From the NCBI RefSeq assembly GCF_006345805.1, contig NW_021831862.1, positions 1 to 63,588 on the forward strand: DNA of 63,588 bases. The letters run 5' to 3'. Numbering within the stretch: position 1 is the first letter of the stretch; each line of letters starts with the position of its first letter. The DNA is from Octopus sinensis (Eukaryota). Under the pieces are notes generated by a model. It was not told the origin of the DNA. It was given only the letters and a program-made list of their open reading frames with translations, and ran no database searches. Made by a program: the position numbers and the translations under genes. This document shows, piece by piece, positions 1 to 12,604 of the stretch.

Positions 1-25
1 AACCGCGAGTCCGCTGCCCTAACCA
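1..25 (-). mobile_element. Edge fragment of tRNA-derived SINE head (family C)
   Basis: Reverse complement tggttagggcagcggactcgcggtt closely matches the head of the SINE at 54147-54420. Confidence 0.6.
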
Positions 26-66
26 TATATATATATCAATAATATTTGTACAATTACTCATAGTCA

Positions 67-126
67 AGATAAAACTCTGAGTTTCAGATGCCGAAGTGGA
101 ATCCACAAACCATCTCTTCGTTATCT
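67..126 (-). ncRNA. Minimal hammerhead ribozyme-like motif (core lacks U4) in PLE 3' repeat
   Basis: Minus strand: helix I AGAUAA/UUAUCU; core C-GAAGA; helix II GAUG/CAUC; U-GAAA; palindromic helix III ACUC-A-GAGU; triplet GUU. Confidence 0.55.
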
Positions 127-859
127 GGCCATCTGATAAAACGCTATGAAAAATACCGTTATAAAGGGAATTACTGTGTTATAATTCTGCTGCTACTTAT
201 ATAAATAAGATTAAAATTTCATTCATAGTAAACATGTCTAGTCATACGCTCACATGGGCGCTGCGGACCCACGTGCGTACTTATACGTCCTATGAAAACG
301 TACCCATCTTCACTCGCATTTTTCGCCAAATATATACGCATATATATACAAACTCTCATACACACACCACACACGCGTACCGTAAAAGTTCATACATACG
401 TCTATATACGCACAAGCACAAGAAAAACCATGGTTAAAGGTAACAGAAAAAAACATAAGTATACAAAGCATAAAAACCACGTTCATATACGAACATGCCC
501 TTATGCACACACGCCCATATATGTACATACCCGCACATGTTTATATACGCATACACACACATGCATATACGAAAAATGAATATACATATGCGCCCCCCCC
601 ACCCAAATAAAAACCTTAAAAAATGGAAAAATACTAAGTTAAAACGTCTATATATATGCATTCTTATGCCCGCACAGACGCACACATCTAAAACTGCCCA
701 CTCATACATATTCACACACGTGTACAAATGAATCTATATACATGTCTATATAAGCACAGGAAAAAATGCAGGATAGAAGAGTACAGAAAAAATTATTATG
801 TGTGAAAATATAAAAATATATGAAATAATAAAAGGTATAATGAGATAATAAACTTTTTG

Positions 860-1897
860 GGACATATATAGAAAGCAAGTTCTATCTGTTTTCTTTAGGG
901 GACCAAAAACGTAACAAAAATTTAGTCACATGCGGGCATGATCCGAAAAGTTCTGTCCTTGAGTTTAGACATGTAGTAGGGTCTAAGCTGCTTTTCCAGA
1001 TAAGCCATCTATCGCATAGACCACACTTTCCGCTGCCGTTGGCCAAAATCTTCCAATGGATGTTATAATCGACACCTTTATCTTTTAAAGACCAAATATG
1101 ATTAGATAATTTTGTCGCTTTTCTTTTGTTCCAGTGCCTAAAACTCAAGGTGTGGTTATTGAACCTGGCCTTGAAATTACCCTCTGTTAAGTCCCACGTA
1201 TTTCTTCGTCGAAACGGTGTCTTTAGTGGTTATAGAGTCCACGGTAGCTTAAGATGATGGTCTCGGACATGCAAAACTCCATTTAGCGGGCACAATTTTT
1301 TATTCCTGCATGAACAGCTGTTTTCTTGTTGTGGTTTTTGTGTGTTATGTGTGATTATATTTTTAAAATTGGTAGTTGAACTAAAACTAATTTTTAGATT
1401 GTGTTTATTGAAGAGTTTCCTATAAGTATGGTTAACTGGAAAATGTCTATCTATCAGTGTTAAGAAATATTTACCTATATTGAAGGTCACCTCGGATGAG
1501 TAAGGGGATGTAAACCAGATGATCTTCCTTATTCTATTTTTCCTCTTCTTTACTGTTGGGCTAGTAACAGGTGTATATTTTATTTTTTCGCTAAAACCAC
1601 TATCTTTTAAAGCCTTATTATAAACTGGGGCAACGCTATTAAAAATGTCCTAATCGGAGGAGAGGCTAGAAATACTCTTACTAATATTTTTAACTAAATT
1701 TTTGAATACTGTAGGGGGATAGCATGAACCTACATTAATATAACTAAGTCTATCATTGGGTTTCATATAAGGCTTATAAATATTCTTATTTAGATCTCAG
1801 AAAACGTCTAGGAAATTGACAACCGTCAGGTTAGTATCTATAGTTATACTAAGTCCGAAGTATTTCATTAATTGGATAATATCCTTCCTAAAACGAC
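860..1897 (-). mobile_element. Penelope-like element: RT C-terminus/thumb plus GIY-YIG region, degenerate and 5'-truncated
   Basis: Minus-strand peptides KDIIQLMKYFGLSITIDTNLTVVNFLDV, KPYMKPND, KIIWFTSPYS, FNIGKYFLTLIDRHFP..KLFNKHNLKISFS and SFRH..ATKLSNHIWSLKDKGVDYNIHWKIL..LNSRTEL match PLE motifs. Confidence 0.85.
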
Positions 1898-1953
1898 CCT
1901 TGTGAGTGGATTTGGTAGACAGAAACTGAAAGAAGCCCGTCGTATATATATAT

Positions 1954-1987
<34 letters not shown>

Positions 1988-2208
1988 TGTTGTGTGTGTG
2001 TGTGTGTGTTTGTGTGTGTGTCTCAACATCGCTTGACATCGATGCTGGTCTATTTACGTCCCCGTAACATAGCAGTTCGGCATAAGAGATCGATAGAATA
2101 AGTAGTAGGCTTACAAAGAATAACTCCTGGCGTCGATTTGCTCAATTGAAGGCGTGGTCCAGCATGGCCGCAGTCAAAATGACTGAAACGAATAAAAGAA
2201 TAAAGAAT
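1898..2208 (+). mobile_element. SINE family A (internal microsatellite), 5'-truncated, abutting the broken PLE RT
   Basis: ccttgtgagtggatttggtagac..aagcccgtcg-(TA)(TG)n-..ccagcatggccgcagtcaaaatgactgaaac, shared with many other copies in the window. Confidence 0.9.
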
Positions 2209-2520
2209 ATATATATATATATTATATATATATATAGTATATATATATATATATAATATATATAGTATATATATATATATATATACATATATATACACAC
2301 ACGCTAATAATTGAGTATTTCACTCTGCATACATGTGTGGATGGATGCGTTTGGGTGTCTCTATGTATATGTGTATGTATATACGCGTTTGTGTGTATCT
2401 ACGTATGTGTATGTGTATGTGTGTATGTATCTAGGTGTGTGTTTAGAACAGAGAACATGATAATAAAACAGAGACATGATAGTAAAAATATTTGTTTACA
2501 CCTACGTTAACTACATTTTT

Positions 2521-2570
<50 letters not shown>

Positions 2571-2580
2571 CAAAATGGGA

Positions 2581-2786
2581 CAAAAACGCAAGACATCCAG
2601 ACGATACAAAAAACACGAACGGGTCATTCGAAGCCTTTAATCTTCAGTCAAGAACCGTCATCCTCGCAATTTCGGCTGATTAATCTTGAGATTGCTGCAA
2701 TCTGGCCAGCCAGATTGGAGCAATCGGCTTCGAATGACCCGTCCGTGTTTTTTATATCGTCTATATCTGGATGTTTTGGCGTTCTG
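2581..2786. repeat. Fold-back palindrome of a probable PLE-repeat fragment, flanked by (TA)n
   Basis: 2581-2635 is inverted at 2726-2786; inner hairpin 2690-2725; the same family sequence occurs singly at ~45735-45840. Confidence 0.75.
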
Positions 2787-2801
2787 ATATATATATATAT
2801 A

Positions 2802-2876
<75 letters not shown>

Positions 2877-3029
2877 GTGTACATGTGTGTGAATACAGAG
2901 ACAGAGAGAAAGAGGGAAAGAGAGAAGAAAGAAAGAAAGAAAAAGAAAGAAATAAGAAAGAAAGAATGAAAGAAAGAAAGGAAGAAAGAAAGAGAGAGAG
3001 AGCGAGAAGAGGGAGATGGTTCCACTTTA

Positions 3030-4184
3030 CAGGCACTAATATTATTAGTTTTACCTTCAGATGGCTCTTCAGGTGTGAAGTTTTATATTGAAAGGCGTTC
3101 TTTTTCAAGAAAGAAGACGGAAAAGAAAGACCAAATGATTCGGCTCCAGAACCACAGTCTTCGATGTTGTCTAAATGGACATATTAGAGATGGTAAAGAA
3201 GAAAAAGTTCACGGAACTGGAAATTACCTTCCAGAATAAAACTGGCGAAAGACATTAAGAACGTCCACAAATCAGACAAAATTATTCGCGACAGCAGGTA
3301 AAACAAGGAATAGATACGAAATGAACTACAATACTTATATGAATAACTTACTGTCATGGCGTATCGACATAAAAAAAGAACATTCACATATTAGTTTTTG
3401 TGAATGACTTCGTTAAATGTATATAACAAATAGAAATTTACGAACTGAAATGTTAGGTAGCTCCCAAGGATCACGTGGAGGTACGTGACCTAGTGCTTAG
3501 GGTGTTACACTCATGGTCACTAGATCGTGGGTTCGAATTCCAGATCGAGCGGTGCGTTGTGTTCTTGAACAAAACACTTCATTTCACGTTGCTCCAGTCC
3601 AGTCAGCTGTAAAAGGGTAAACCCTGCAGTGTAGTAGCTTTTCGCTCAGGGGGAATGTTGGCCTGCTTGCCTGGCCAACGGGATGGCATCATTCGAAAGC
3701 TAAAACGATGGGAAACACAATGTGATCAGTGATGTACAACAACATCCGATAGTCTGGTAGTTCACGAGATCATGTGATAGAGGATTACAGGTTCAATTTT
3801 ATCAATAACCCTAACAACCAAATCATGAACCCAACTATAGATAAACAACATCCGCAAAACCTTTAGATTAAAACATTTTGAACAATAATACCTCATATAA
3901 CTGATGCGTAAACATTAATCCAGTTTGGTATAATTGACTGCTACTGATCTATTACTAAATATTTATTGTTAAAGGCTTTACATTTTACCAAAATCCACAC
4001 CGCTATCACACATAACGACATAAGAATAACAATGTATGACTGGAAATCGATTATTTTACCTAATGATTGCTTTTGAATGAAAAATTATAAGCCAGATCTT
4101 CTCGATAGCAACATCGAAATTTAATAGTTCATAAATTCAATACCATTAACGAATCATTTACAGAGATAACGCTATTTATAAATT

Positions 4185-4224
<40 letters not shown>

Positions 4225-4960
4225 CAGATAAATTCGAAGAGCATACAACACCAAGCTATTTAATTTAATGACTTGAAGCTAAAGATCGAAGCAAGTAGTA
4301 ACCTTACAATAGTAAATTTCTTACACAATACTCAACCAAACAACAAAAGCGTTCACCCTTATAATAAACCAAGCGACTCAATCTATATACAATATTTCAA
4401 ACCATGCACTACATTTCATTAAAAATCTTCTCTTCATTTTCAGCAAGAGAATCTCTGCGATCTCTGACGACGAAAACTCATTTATTACTGAAGCTAATAT
4501 TTAAAAAAAACATCTCATTGATATCAAGAGGTTTCAAAGAAGCTTTAAAATAAACAACAGAATGGTGTAATTCATCATATTCAATAAATGTACACACCTA
4601 TCCATCCAATAAGAAGTCCTTTTCCTCTTCTGCATGATAACAGTAAATTTTTAATGCAAACACACTCAAAATAAGCTACTCACTATTGATAAATGATAAA
4701 TAATGATAAATATAGTAAACATGTCTGACCACCTTCACCCATGCAACACTAGTCTTCAAATAGCTACAACTGCTATTTTAAAACTCCATGTTCAATCAGC
4801 GGTGGCTGCTTCGAAAATTCAGTTGTTTATATAGCAACTGTTACATGTAACATTAATCAAAACAGCATGGATTATACAAGAATAACTGCTAATCTACTTA
4901 AGAAAAGATTCTATCAACATCACTAATCATTGTGTAGATTACTACAGATAGTTAATATTT
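3030..4960 (+). mobile_element. Old, heavily decayed Penelope-like element spanning RT to GIY-YIG
   Basis: Frame-broken motifs in PLE order: KLAKDIKNVHKSDKII/AGKTRNRYEM; SITKYLLLKA; SNLTIVNFL; FSKRISAIS; FNANTLKISYS; SVVYIATVT..KKRFYQH. Confidence 0.7.
3474..3780 (+). mobile_element. SINE family D inserted in the old PLE
   Basis: tRNA-like head (B-box ggttcgaattcc) followed by ttgtgttcttgaacaaaacacttcatttcacgttgctccagtcc, shared with 11003-11152 and 61330-61475. Confidence 0.8.
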
Positions 4961-5126
4961 CAAGGTATACTGTAGAAATATCTCCAAGCTTAAACAGTCT
5001 TGTGTCAGGAAAGAAAGCATACTAGGGAAGAACTTTTAAGTTACCAAGTTGGTAAGCCTAACTATGGTTGTTTTGTTTTGTTTTTGTGTGTCTATATCAG
5101 AACACTCTACCACATAGAAGGAAAAC

Positions 5127-5345
5127 AACTAACGTTAGTGCGTCGTAAAAAGAAATCCAGGAGCTTTTCTTCAAGCTCGTTACGTTCTGAGTTCAAATCC
5201 CATCGAGGTCAACTTAGCTTTCCATCCTTTCGTGGCTCGTCAAAATAAAGTACAGTTTAAACACTGGGTCCAATGTAACCGTTTTGCCCCATCACTCAAA
5301 ACCGCTAGACTTGTGCCAAAATTTGAGACCATTATAAACCATTAT
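5127..5345 (+). mobile_element. SINE family B, diverged
   Basis: gttctgagttcaaat..gaggtcaacttagctttccatccttt..cactggg..tgtaa with an (ATT)n/(GTT)n tail. Confidence 0.7.
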
Positions 5346-6246
5346 TATTATTGTTGCTGTTGTTGTTGTTGTTGTTATCAGTACACATGCGTGAACAGGA
5401 GATTATGAAGTTGTTTTTATAATCATAAGCTCGTGATCTCGATTCATAGACCTGAAGTGTGTCATGTCCCTAAGCAAGACACATCATTGTTTTTATATTC
5501 AGGTGGGTTGAAGGTGGAAATGCCAAGATGTCAATTTATGCATGCGACTATTCTGGCACCTAAAATAACTTTAGCACTGGGGTTGATATAATCAACTATT
5601 CCCATCCGTCAATTTTTCAGGCCTTGTGCCTATGGTAGAAAAAGATATTAACTGAAAGTAATCATTAATACATAATGAGTAATTATGTTGATAGACTCTT
5701 TCATTAAATATTAGTATCTGATGAAATTTCGCTGAGTTGTGATGTCACAGTTTGGTTTTACAAAGGTTTCGACATCGTTATAAAAATTTTGTAGAATCGT
5801 TGTACGTATTCTACTAAATATTCTACTCTATATCTACATCTCATTGCATCCATTATTGTGCAAGTGACATCCTTAATAAGGGCCATAAGGCAGCCCTATT
5901 GGAATAAAAGAAAAATTAGAGAGGTGAGAGTGGAAGCAATAGGAGCATTTTGTTAGTTATAGAGCAAGGAAGAGTTGGAAGTCAGGAGAAAGCGACGAGC
6001 AGTAATTCAACCACAACTGCTGACTCTCCGACAGGAAGGTAGAACCATTCTGGTCGAAACATACATTAATCATTAACCACCGTCAGATGTTACATCAATT
6101 CTACCTGGTCAAAGCTGCATTCACCAAATTAAACAAATGTATCTCTTTTAGGGGTTATAAATCTCATATAGATATATATATTACTATACATATACATATA
6201 TATATATATACATATTCCTACAAACACACAAACACATATATATATA

Positions 6247-6285
<39 letters not shown>

Positions 6286-6744
6286 ATATATATATATAAT
6301 ATATATTATATATACACGTTATTCAAACACTCACATACATATATATGTGTGTGAGTGTGTATACGTGTATATACAAGCTGACGTCTGTACCTGAGTGTAC
6401 GTGTACATTTAAATGTACATATATATATATACATACACACACAAACATATATATATATATATATAGTGTATATGTATTTATGTATGTAGAAATATATATT
6501 ATATATATACATATATACGTCCATGCGTGTATGTATGTATGTATGTATGTATGTATGTACAAACTTAAATACTGCAGACCATACACGAGCCGCAAATAAT
6601 TTTTAATCAATAAGCAATCAGTTGTGGGGTGTCCCGCTGATTGGAAATGTCAAAGTTGTCCTCTACCAATTAGTTTCCAATTCAATTGCTTAGACTATTA
6701 TCCAAGAAGTTTTCTATTTTCCAGCAAACTGAGCAGTGAGGCGC

Positions 6745-6905
6745 AGACGTGCTCCAGTGGTATGATGTTTGCTTCTCAACTACATGGTTCCATGTTCAGT
6801 CCCACTTTGTGACATCTTGAGCAAATGACGTCTACTATAGCCGTGGGCTGACCAAACCTATGTGTGTGGACTTAGTAGACGGAAATTGAAAGAAACTCGT
6901 CGAAT
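6745..6905 (+). mobile_element. SINE family A 5' half, diverged
   Basis: atggttccatgttcagtcccac..ctactatagcc..gtagacggaaattgaaagaa. Confidence 0.75.
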
Positions 6906-7560
6906 ATATGGACTTGTGGAGCATAAAAGCAGTCGTATTTAAATCGTTGACTGGAGTGCTTTTGTGCACGATGAGTTGTTTTGGCATCCTTGAATCCTTC
7001 ATTCTGACCAGATGACCACGACACATGGAAAGGCATAGCTATTGATCGTAGCAGGTGGAGAAGGCTTGTGCATGAAGGGACAGCCACGTTTGAGAAATCT
7101 CGAGTTGCACATGAGAAAGTAAGGAGGGGTGTCAGGAAGGACATCGCTGTTACACTTCCAGAAGGGAAGGGTCTTCTTTCATTCTGACATGCAATGTCTG
7201 TGCAAGACCCTGCCTCAGTAAAGCTGGACTCAAGAGTCATCTTCGTAGTCATAAAACGAGACAGATGAGGGACAACCTGGCCACAGATGAGTGACAACCA
7301 GATGAGTGACACCATGCTAATCATATCTGTCGGGCATGTGGAAGAGAGTGTAATTCGGCAGGAGGACTTAAACGACATGCAAAGGTACATGAAGCCCAGT
7401 TACAACTACAGCCGGCTATTACCAGTAAAGGTCTTAGTTGCCAATTTTGTACAAGGCATTGTAGATCTTTAGCTGGGCTAAAAAAGTCACATTCGATCAC
7501 CGTACCAGTAGCAGTTAAGCTTCGTGCAATGGCCATACTCGATAACGAGGGGGCAGCCAT
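6906..7560 (+). mobile_element. RTE-clade LINE 3' end with 5' inversion and three C2H2 fingers
   Basis: Minus 6910-7020: GHLVRMKDSRMPKQL. Plus 7020-7560: TWKGIAIDRSRWRRLVHEG..FE; CNVCARPCLSKAGLKSHLRSH; CRACGRECNSAGGLKRHAKVH; CQFCTRHCRSLAGLK. Confidence 0.75.
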
Positions 7561-7621
7561 AATATATATATGTATATATACTCATTGATATGCATATATA
7601 TACACATGTATATATATATAC

Positions 7622-7699
<78 letters not shown>

Positions 7700-7854
7700 A
7701 ATTCATAAATGAGGGTGAACAATTAGATATTAATTTAATAATACCGTCAGTTGAACACCAAGTGGCCTAGCACATAGAAACCAGGGAGACAGTACAAATT
7801 TATAAATAAATATAAGAGAGTTAACGTTAAGTGGCCATTTAACGTTAACTCTCT

Positions 7855-7919
<65 letters not shown>

Positions 7920-8188
7920 CAGACACAGACATACACACACATATATATATATATATGCATACATATATATATACATACATACACAAATATATATATATAT
8001 ATATATATATAGGACCAAAGAATCGGCTAGGTTTACAAATATATACAGTCACTATGTATGTGTGTCACAGCATTTGTAAGCATTTGTAAACATTATGTGT
8101 GCATGTGTGTGTTTATCTGTTTGCATGTATGTTTGTGTGGTGTGTGTGTGTGTGTGTGTATTTGTGTGTGTGTGTGTGTGTGTGTGTG

Positions 8189-8238
<50 letters not shown>

Positions 8239-8729
8239 ATGTGTGTGTGTGTGCGTATGTGTGTATAACTGTGGTGAAGTGATACGAAATAGTAAACATT
8301 TGGTGATGAAAGGTGACACTATTTTTAGAAGAGTCATATTTTTAATGTAGAGTTAACTGATTAAATTAGCCGGTACGAACGAGAATGCATGCATAGATAA
8401 ATACATACACATATACACACATACACGTGTGTACGCAGGTGCACGCACGCGTGCGTGCGTGCCTGTGTGTGTGTGAGTGCGTGTGCAATGCTCAGCCTCC
8501 TACACGTTAATTCAACAAGAACAGTAATTCCATTGATCAAAGAACGGAATATAAATCATCGAACCACGGAGATCTATCTATATGGATGTGAGTGTGAGTG
8601 AGTGAATGTGTGTGTGTGGGGGGGGTGCATGTGTTTCTGCGTGCGTGTTTATAAGTGTATATGCGTTTATTTATCTTTGTACGTATACAATAATTGTATA
8701 CGCTCACATACACACGCATACACATACAT

Positions 8730-8765
<36 letters not shown>

Positions 8766-8791
8766 ATATTATATATATATATATATATATA

Positions 8792-10079
8792 CGAGGGACG
8801 TTCAATAAGTAATGCCTCTGACCCACTTCCAGGTGTTTGATCTAGTTGAAATTTTGCATGTGCAATTACTTATATCTCTATAGATTAGGTGGCAAATTAC
8901 AGCTCTGAACTAATTGTGGTTTCTGATTTACAGGTGTTTGAACTGAGTCAAGTGTGAAATGGAGCCTGTTGAGTGTCGAGCAGTGATCCGGTTTTTGTAT
9001 TTGAAAGGATGCACACCACGGGAGACTTTTGATGAAATGAAAGTAACTTATGGTGATGATGCCCCATCATATGACCTTGTAAAACGCTGGCATCGGGAAT
9101 TCAAACATGGTCGGAACTCTGTGGAAACAGCTCCCAGATCTGGTCGACCCCCTTCTGCCATTGATGAGGCATCTGTCCGTCAAGTTGAGGCTGCCATTTT
9201 GGAAGATCGACACATAACTATTCGCCAAATAGCCCATGAGGTCAAGATTAGTACCGGGTCAGTGGAAACTATCATTCATGACCATTTGCATATGCAAAGG
9301 GTGTCTGCCAGATGGATTCCCAGGTTGCTCACACCTTTCCAGAAGCAAGAACGCGTCGAGTGCTCGAGGATGAATTTGGAGACGTACCAAGAAGATGAGT
9401 AAAACTTTTTCAAAAGACTAATTACACAGGATGAAACCTGGGTCCATCACTATGATCCAGAGACCAAAGCTCAGTCAATGCAGTGGAAGCACCGTGACTC
9501 ACCTCCTCCAAAGAAGGCAAAGGTGTAGCCCTCCGCTGGCAAGGTCATGCTCACAGTCTTCTGGGACCAGGACGGAGTAGGTGATGACAGATTTCCTGGC
9601 AAAAGGTACCACAATTACAGGAGCCTATTATGCTTCACTTTTGAGGAAATTAAGAGAAGCTATCAAAATCAAGAGGCGGGGCAAGATCAGCGATGGCATC
9701 CTCCTCCTGCAGGACAACGCTCCGGTCCACAACTCGCGTGTCGCCAGATCAGAAGCACAGGCGTGCGGCTATGAACTCCTCCCCCACCCCCTACTCTCCT
9801 GACCTTGCACCCTCTGATTTTCACCTCTTCCCAGCCATGAAGTTGTTTTGAAAGGAAAGCATTTCCCAGATGATGCAACCTTGATTTCTAAAGTCACGTT
9901 GTGGATGGAGGACCAAGCTGGGGTCTTTTACAAAAACGGTCTCCAGAGCTAGATCAAACGATGGGAGAAATGCGTAACTCTGAGTGATTCCTATGTAGAA
10001 AAATACCAATAACTGTGCCAAGTTCCGTTGCTCTACTGGTATGGGAAGTGGGTCAGGGGCATTACTTGAACGCCCCTCG
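8792..10079 (+). mobile_element. Full-length mariner (irritans/Himar1-like, DD34D), 1288 bp
   Basis: ~38-bp TIRs cgagggacgttcaataagtaatgcctctgacccacttcc / ggaagtgggtcaggggcattacttgaacgcccctcg, with TA on both sides. Confidence 0.95.
8959..10011 (+). pseudogene. Mariner transposase, disrupted
   Basis: RSGRP, WIPRLL, DETWVHHY, QDNAPVH and PDLAPSDF motifs; stops at 9400 and 9526; frameshifts near 9580 and 9790. Confidence 0.92.
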
Positions 10080-10084
10080 TATAT

Positions 10085-10655
10085 ATATATACGTTTAAAT
10101 ATTTGTTGTGCAAGATTTTTTATGCGAAGTCGTGTGTTGAAACAGATATTGTTATATTTCGGAATGGTCATTTTGCCAGTTTAGCCAATAAAAACACACG
10201 CACTATATATTTGGTGTTATTTTGCTTCAGTGTTATTTATTTTTTACAATAATCTTAATCTTATTTCGGCCAGAGTTCTTTCGTCACACTCCTGTGACCG
10301 CATCAGTGGTCCTTTGTTTTCTTCTTTCTTATTTGTGTCTCTCCTTACTAACCGTCAGCCATTTTGTATTTCTATTGTATGTCTTCATTTGCGCATGCTT
10401 ATATCTCTATGAGCGTCTATGTTTATTTAGTGTGTGTATGTGGGGGGATGCTTGTAATATTTGTATCTTCTGTTTATATACGTTCATGTAATTTGTATTT
10501 TGTTTTTGTTGCTGTTGTTTTTGTTTTTGTTTATTCTTATTTTGTTCATGTGTTTACATCCACTTATTATCATCATTACATATGCTTGTATGTATGTATG
10601 TATAACAAACAATACTAGTAATAATAATAATAAATCGAATCGAAAAAAAAAATCT
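10085..10655 (-). mobile_element. Solo PLE 3' repeat (pseudo-LTR), copy 1
   Basis: 10149-10655 is a near-identical inverted copy of 28167-28655, which follows a GIY-YIG ORF. Confidence 0.8.
10268..10312 (-). ncRNA. Minimal HHR variant (CUGAUG-CG core)
   Basis: GGACCA-CUGAUGCG-GUCAC/GUGAC-GAAAGAACUC-UGGCC on the minus strand. Confidence 0.55.
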
Positions 10656-10914
10656 TAAGGCTGCAAGTACGTTTCACTACTTTTATAGTTCTGCAGTTGA
10701 ATTAGCTTTGAAATATTAATTTAATGTGAAATTTATACTTAAGGAAAGAAAACAGGAGAAAAATAAATGGTGGTAAAATAACAAATGGAAGCGATGAGAT
10801 ATTTAGTAAAGGAAAGACAAGGACAGGTTTCTTAACCCCCGGGGGAGGGTCGTTGGGGTGCTGCAGTCATGTAGCGTACCTTGTGCAAAAAAAAACCCGG
10901 CGGTTCCCATCCCT

Positions 10915-11152
10915 CAACAGGCTGAGCTCATTTCTACAGCTAAGTGGTCTGGAGTAACGTGAAATCCAACACCCTAACCACTAACCGACGCGCCTCCACT
11001 AGTGGTACCCATTTCTACATCTGAATGGATTGGAGCAACATGCAGTGAAGTGTTTTGCTCAAGAACTCAACGGACTGCCATGCCCAGGAATCGAAACCAC
11101 AATCTTACGATCGTGATTCCAGCCACCCTAACCACTAAGCTACGCGTCTTCA
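10915..11152 (-). mobile_element. Two SINE family D heads in tandem (one internally deleted)
   Basis: accctaaccacta..gcg(cc/tc)t(c/t)cac heads ending near 11000 and 11152; gtgttttgctcaagaac core. Confidence 0.7.
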
Positions 11153-11674
11153 CAGTAAAGAAAGGAGAAAAGAGTAAAAAATGGCTTGTAGAAAGAGGAA
11201 GAGAAAGAAAGAAGAGCGTAGGCGAGGGAGTATGTCAAAGAGAGACACGAGTGCATATAGTAAAACAAGAGAGATTGGTAGGGGAGAGGATGGGAAGGCA
11301 GAACGCCATGTTCGTTTCAGCGGTTGTATAAAAATATAGGTCAAGATTGTTTATATAATTTTGAGTAATGAAATTATGTCAAAATAAACATATTTAATTA
11401 CTAATTAGATATCTAATATAGTATGAGGGAACAACTAGACACACGGGAAAAGACTTTTTTTCTGGTATATTTTTTATATGTTATGTATAATAATTTAACA
11501 GCTAATTGTTGTTATGTTGCTATTTATTTTGATTTAAGAATTCCTCATCATTATGGTTGTGATTTTAATTAGCAATCCAAAGACAGATAAGGGGTGCAAA
11601 AAGTGTTAAATGTATACAGTTCGTTATCATTCTATTACTATTAAATGTATACAGTTCGTTATCATTCTAGTACA

Positions 11675-12096
11675 CCGGGCGAAAAGCTAAGCAGTATTTC
11701 GTCTACCGTTACGATCTGAGTTCAAATTCCGCCGAGGTCGACTTTTCCTTTCATCCTTTCGGGGTCGATAAATTAAGTACCAGTTACGCACTGGGGTCGA
11801 TGTAATCGACTGAATCCCTTTGTCTGTCCTTCTTTGTCTCCTCTATGTTTAGCCCCTTGTGGGCAACAAAGAAATAAGAAATGTTAGCACGCCATGCGAA
11901 ATACTTAGCAGTATTTCGCCTGCCGTTACGATCTGTGTTCAAATTCCGCCGAGGTCGACTTTGCCTTTCATCCTTTCGGGGTCGATAAATAAAGTACCAG
12001 TTACGCACTGGGGTCGATGTAATCGATTGAATCTCTTTGGTTTTCCCTGTTTGTTTAACCCCTCTATGTTTAGCCCCTTGTGGACAATAAAGAAAT
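11675..12096 (+). mobile_element. Head-to-tail dimer of SINE family B
   Basis: Two consecutive units ttagcagtatttcg..gagttcaaattccgccgaggtcgact..ggggtcgatgtaatcga..tttagccccttgtgg..aaagaaataa. Confidence 0.9.
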
Positions 12097-12604
12097 AATA
12101 TATTTCATTTTAAAAAGCAGTTGTCGGTCCAATAGGAAGTATTTCTGAGTTAAATTCGAAATATGGAAAAACTAAGATCTTTTCCAATTAAGAATATGAC
12201 ATCAATGAAATAACATTTTATTAGAAATTTCAAAAAAGAATAAGTTTTAAGGGTTTCTGGGTAACTTAGCATTGTTTATCCCTAGGCATTTAAACCAGTT
12301 ATAGCCAGCTAAAATTTTCTACCTGTTTTATATTCAAACAAGCTAGATCCGCCTCCCATACCTCTCCTATAATGTCATTCTAAAATTAAACAGTCATTTC
12401 ATCGAAATCTCAAAGCCACGAAATAATGAGCGATTCATTACAAACAATGTGAATAATGAGGATTGCATTTGACAGAATAATCTTAAAACTGAAGGGTTAA
12501 ACCATGCTATTAGACACAAAACTACTTGCTTGATGAAAAAGAGATATTAGCTATACTCGGAAATATTCAAATGATTTAAAGAAGCTTACATAATTTTTAA
12601 TCTT

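Noticed and set aside
2620-2660. CUGAAGA..CGAAUG on minus (also ~45770-45800) as an HHR
   Set aside because: Both copies have GAAU rather than GAAA, and I could not form helix I or II
3025-3075. Minus-strand CUGAAGA-GCC/GGU-AAAAC-ACUAAU/AUUAGU
   Set aside because: G12 is missing, position 17 is G and there is no helix I; at best a very decayed motif
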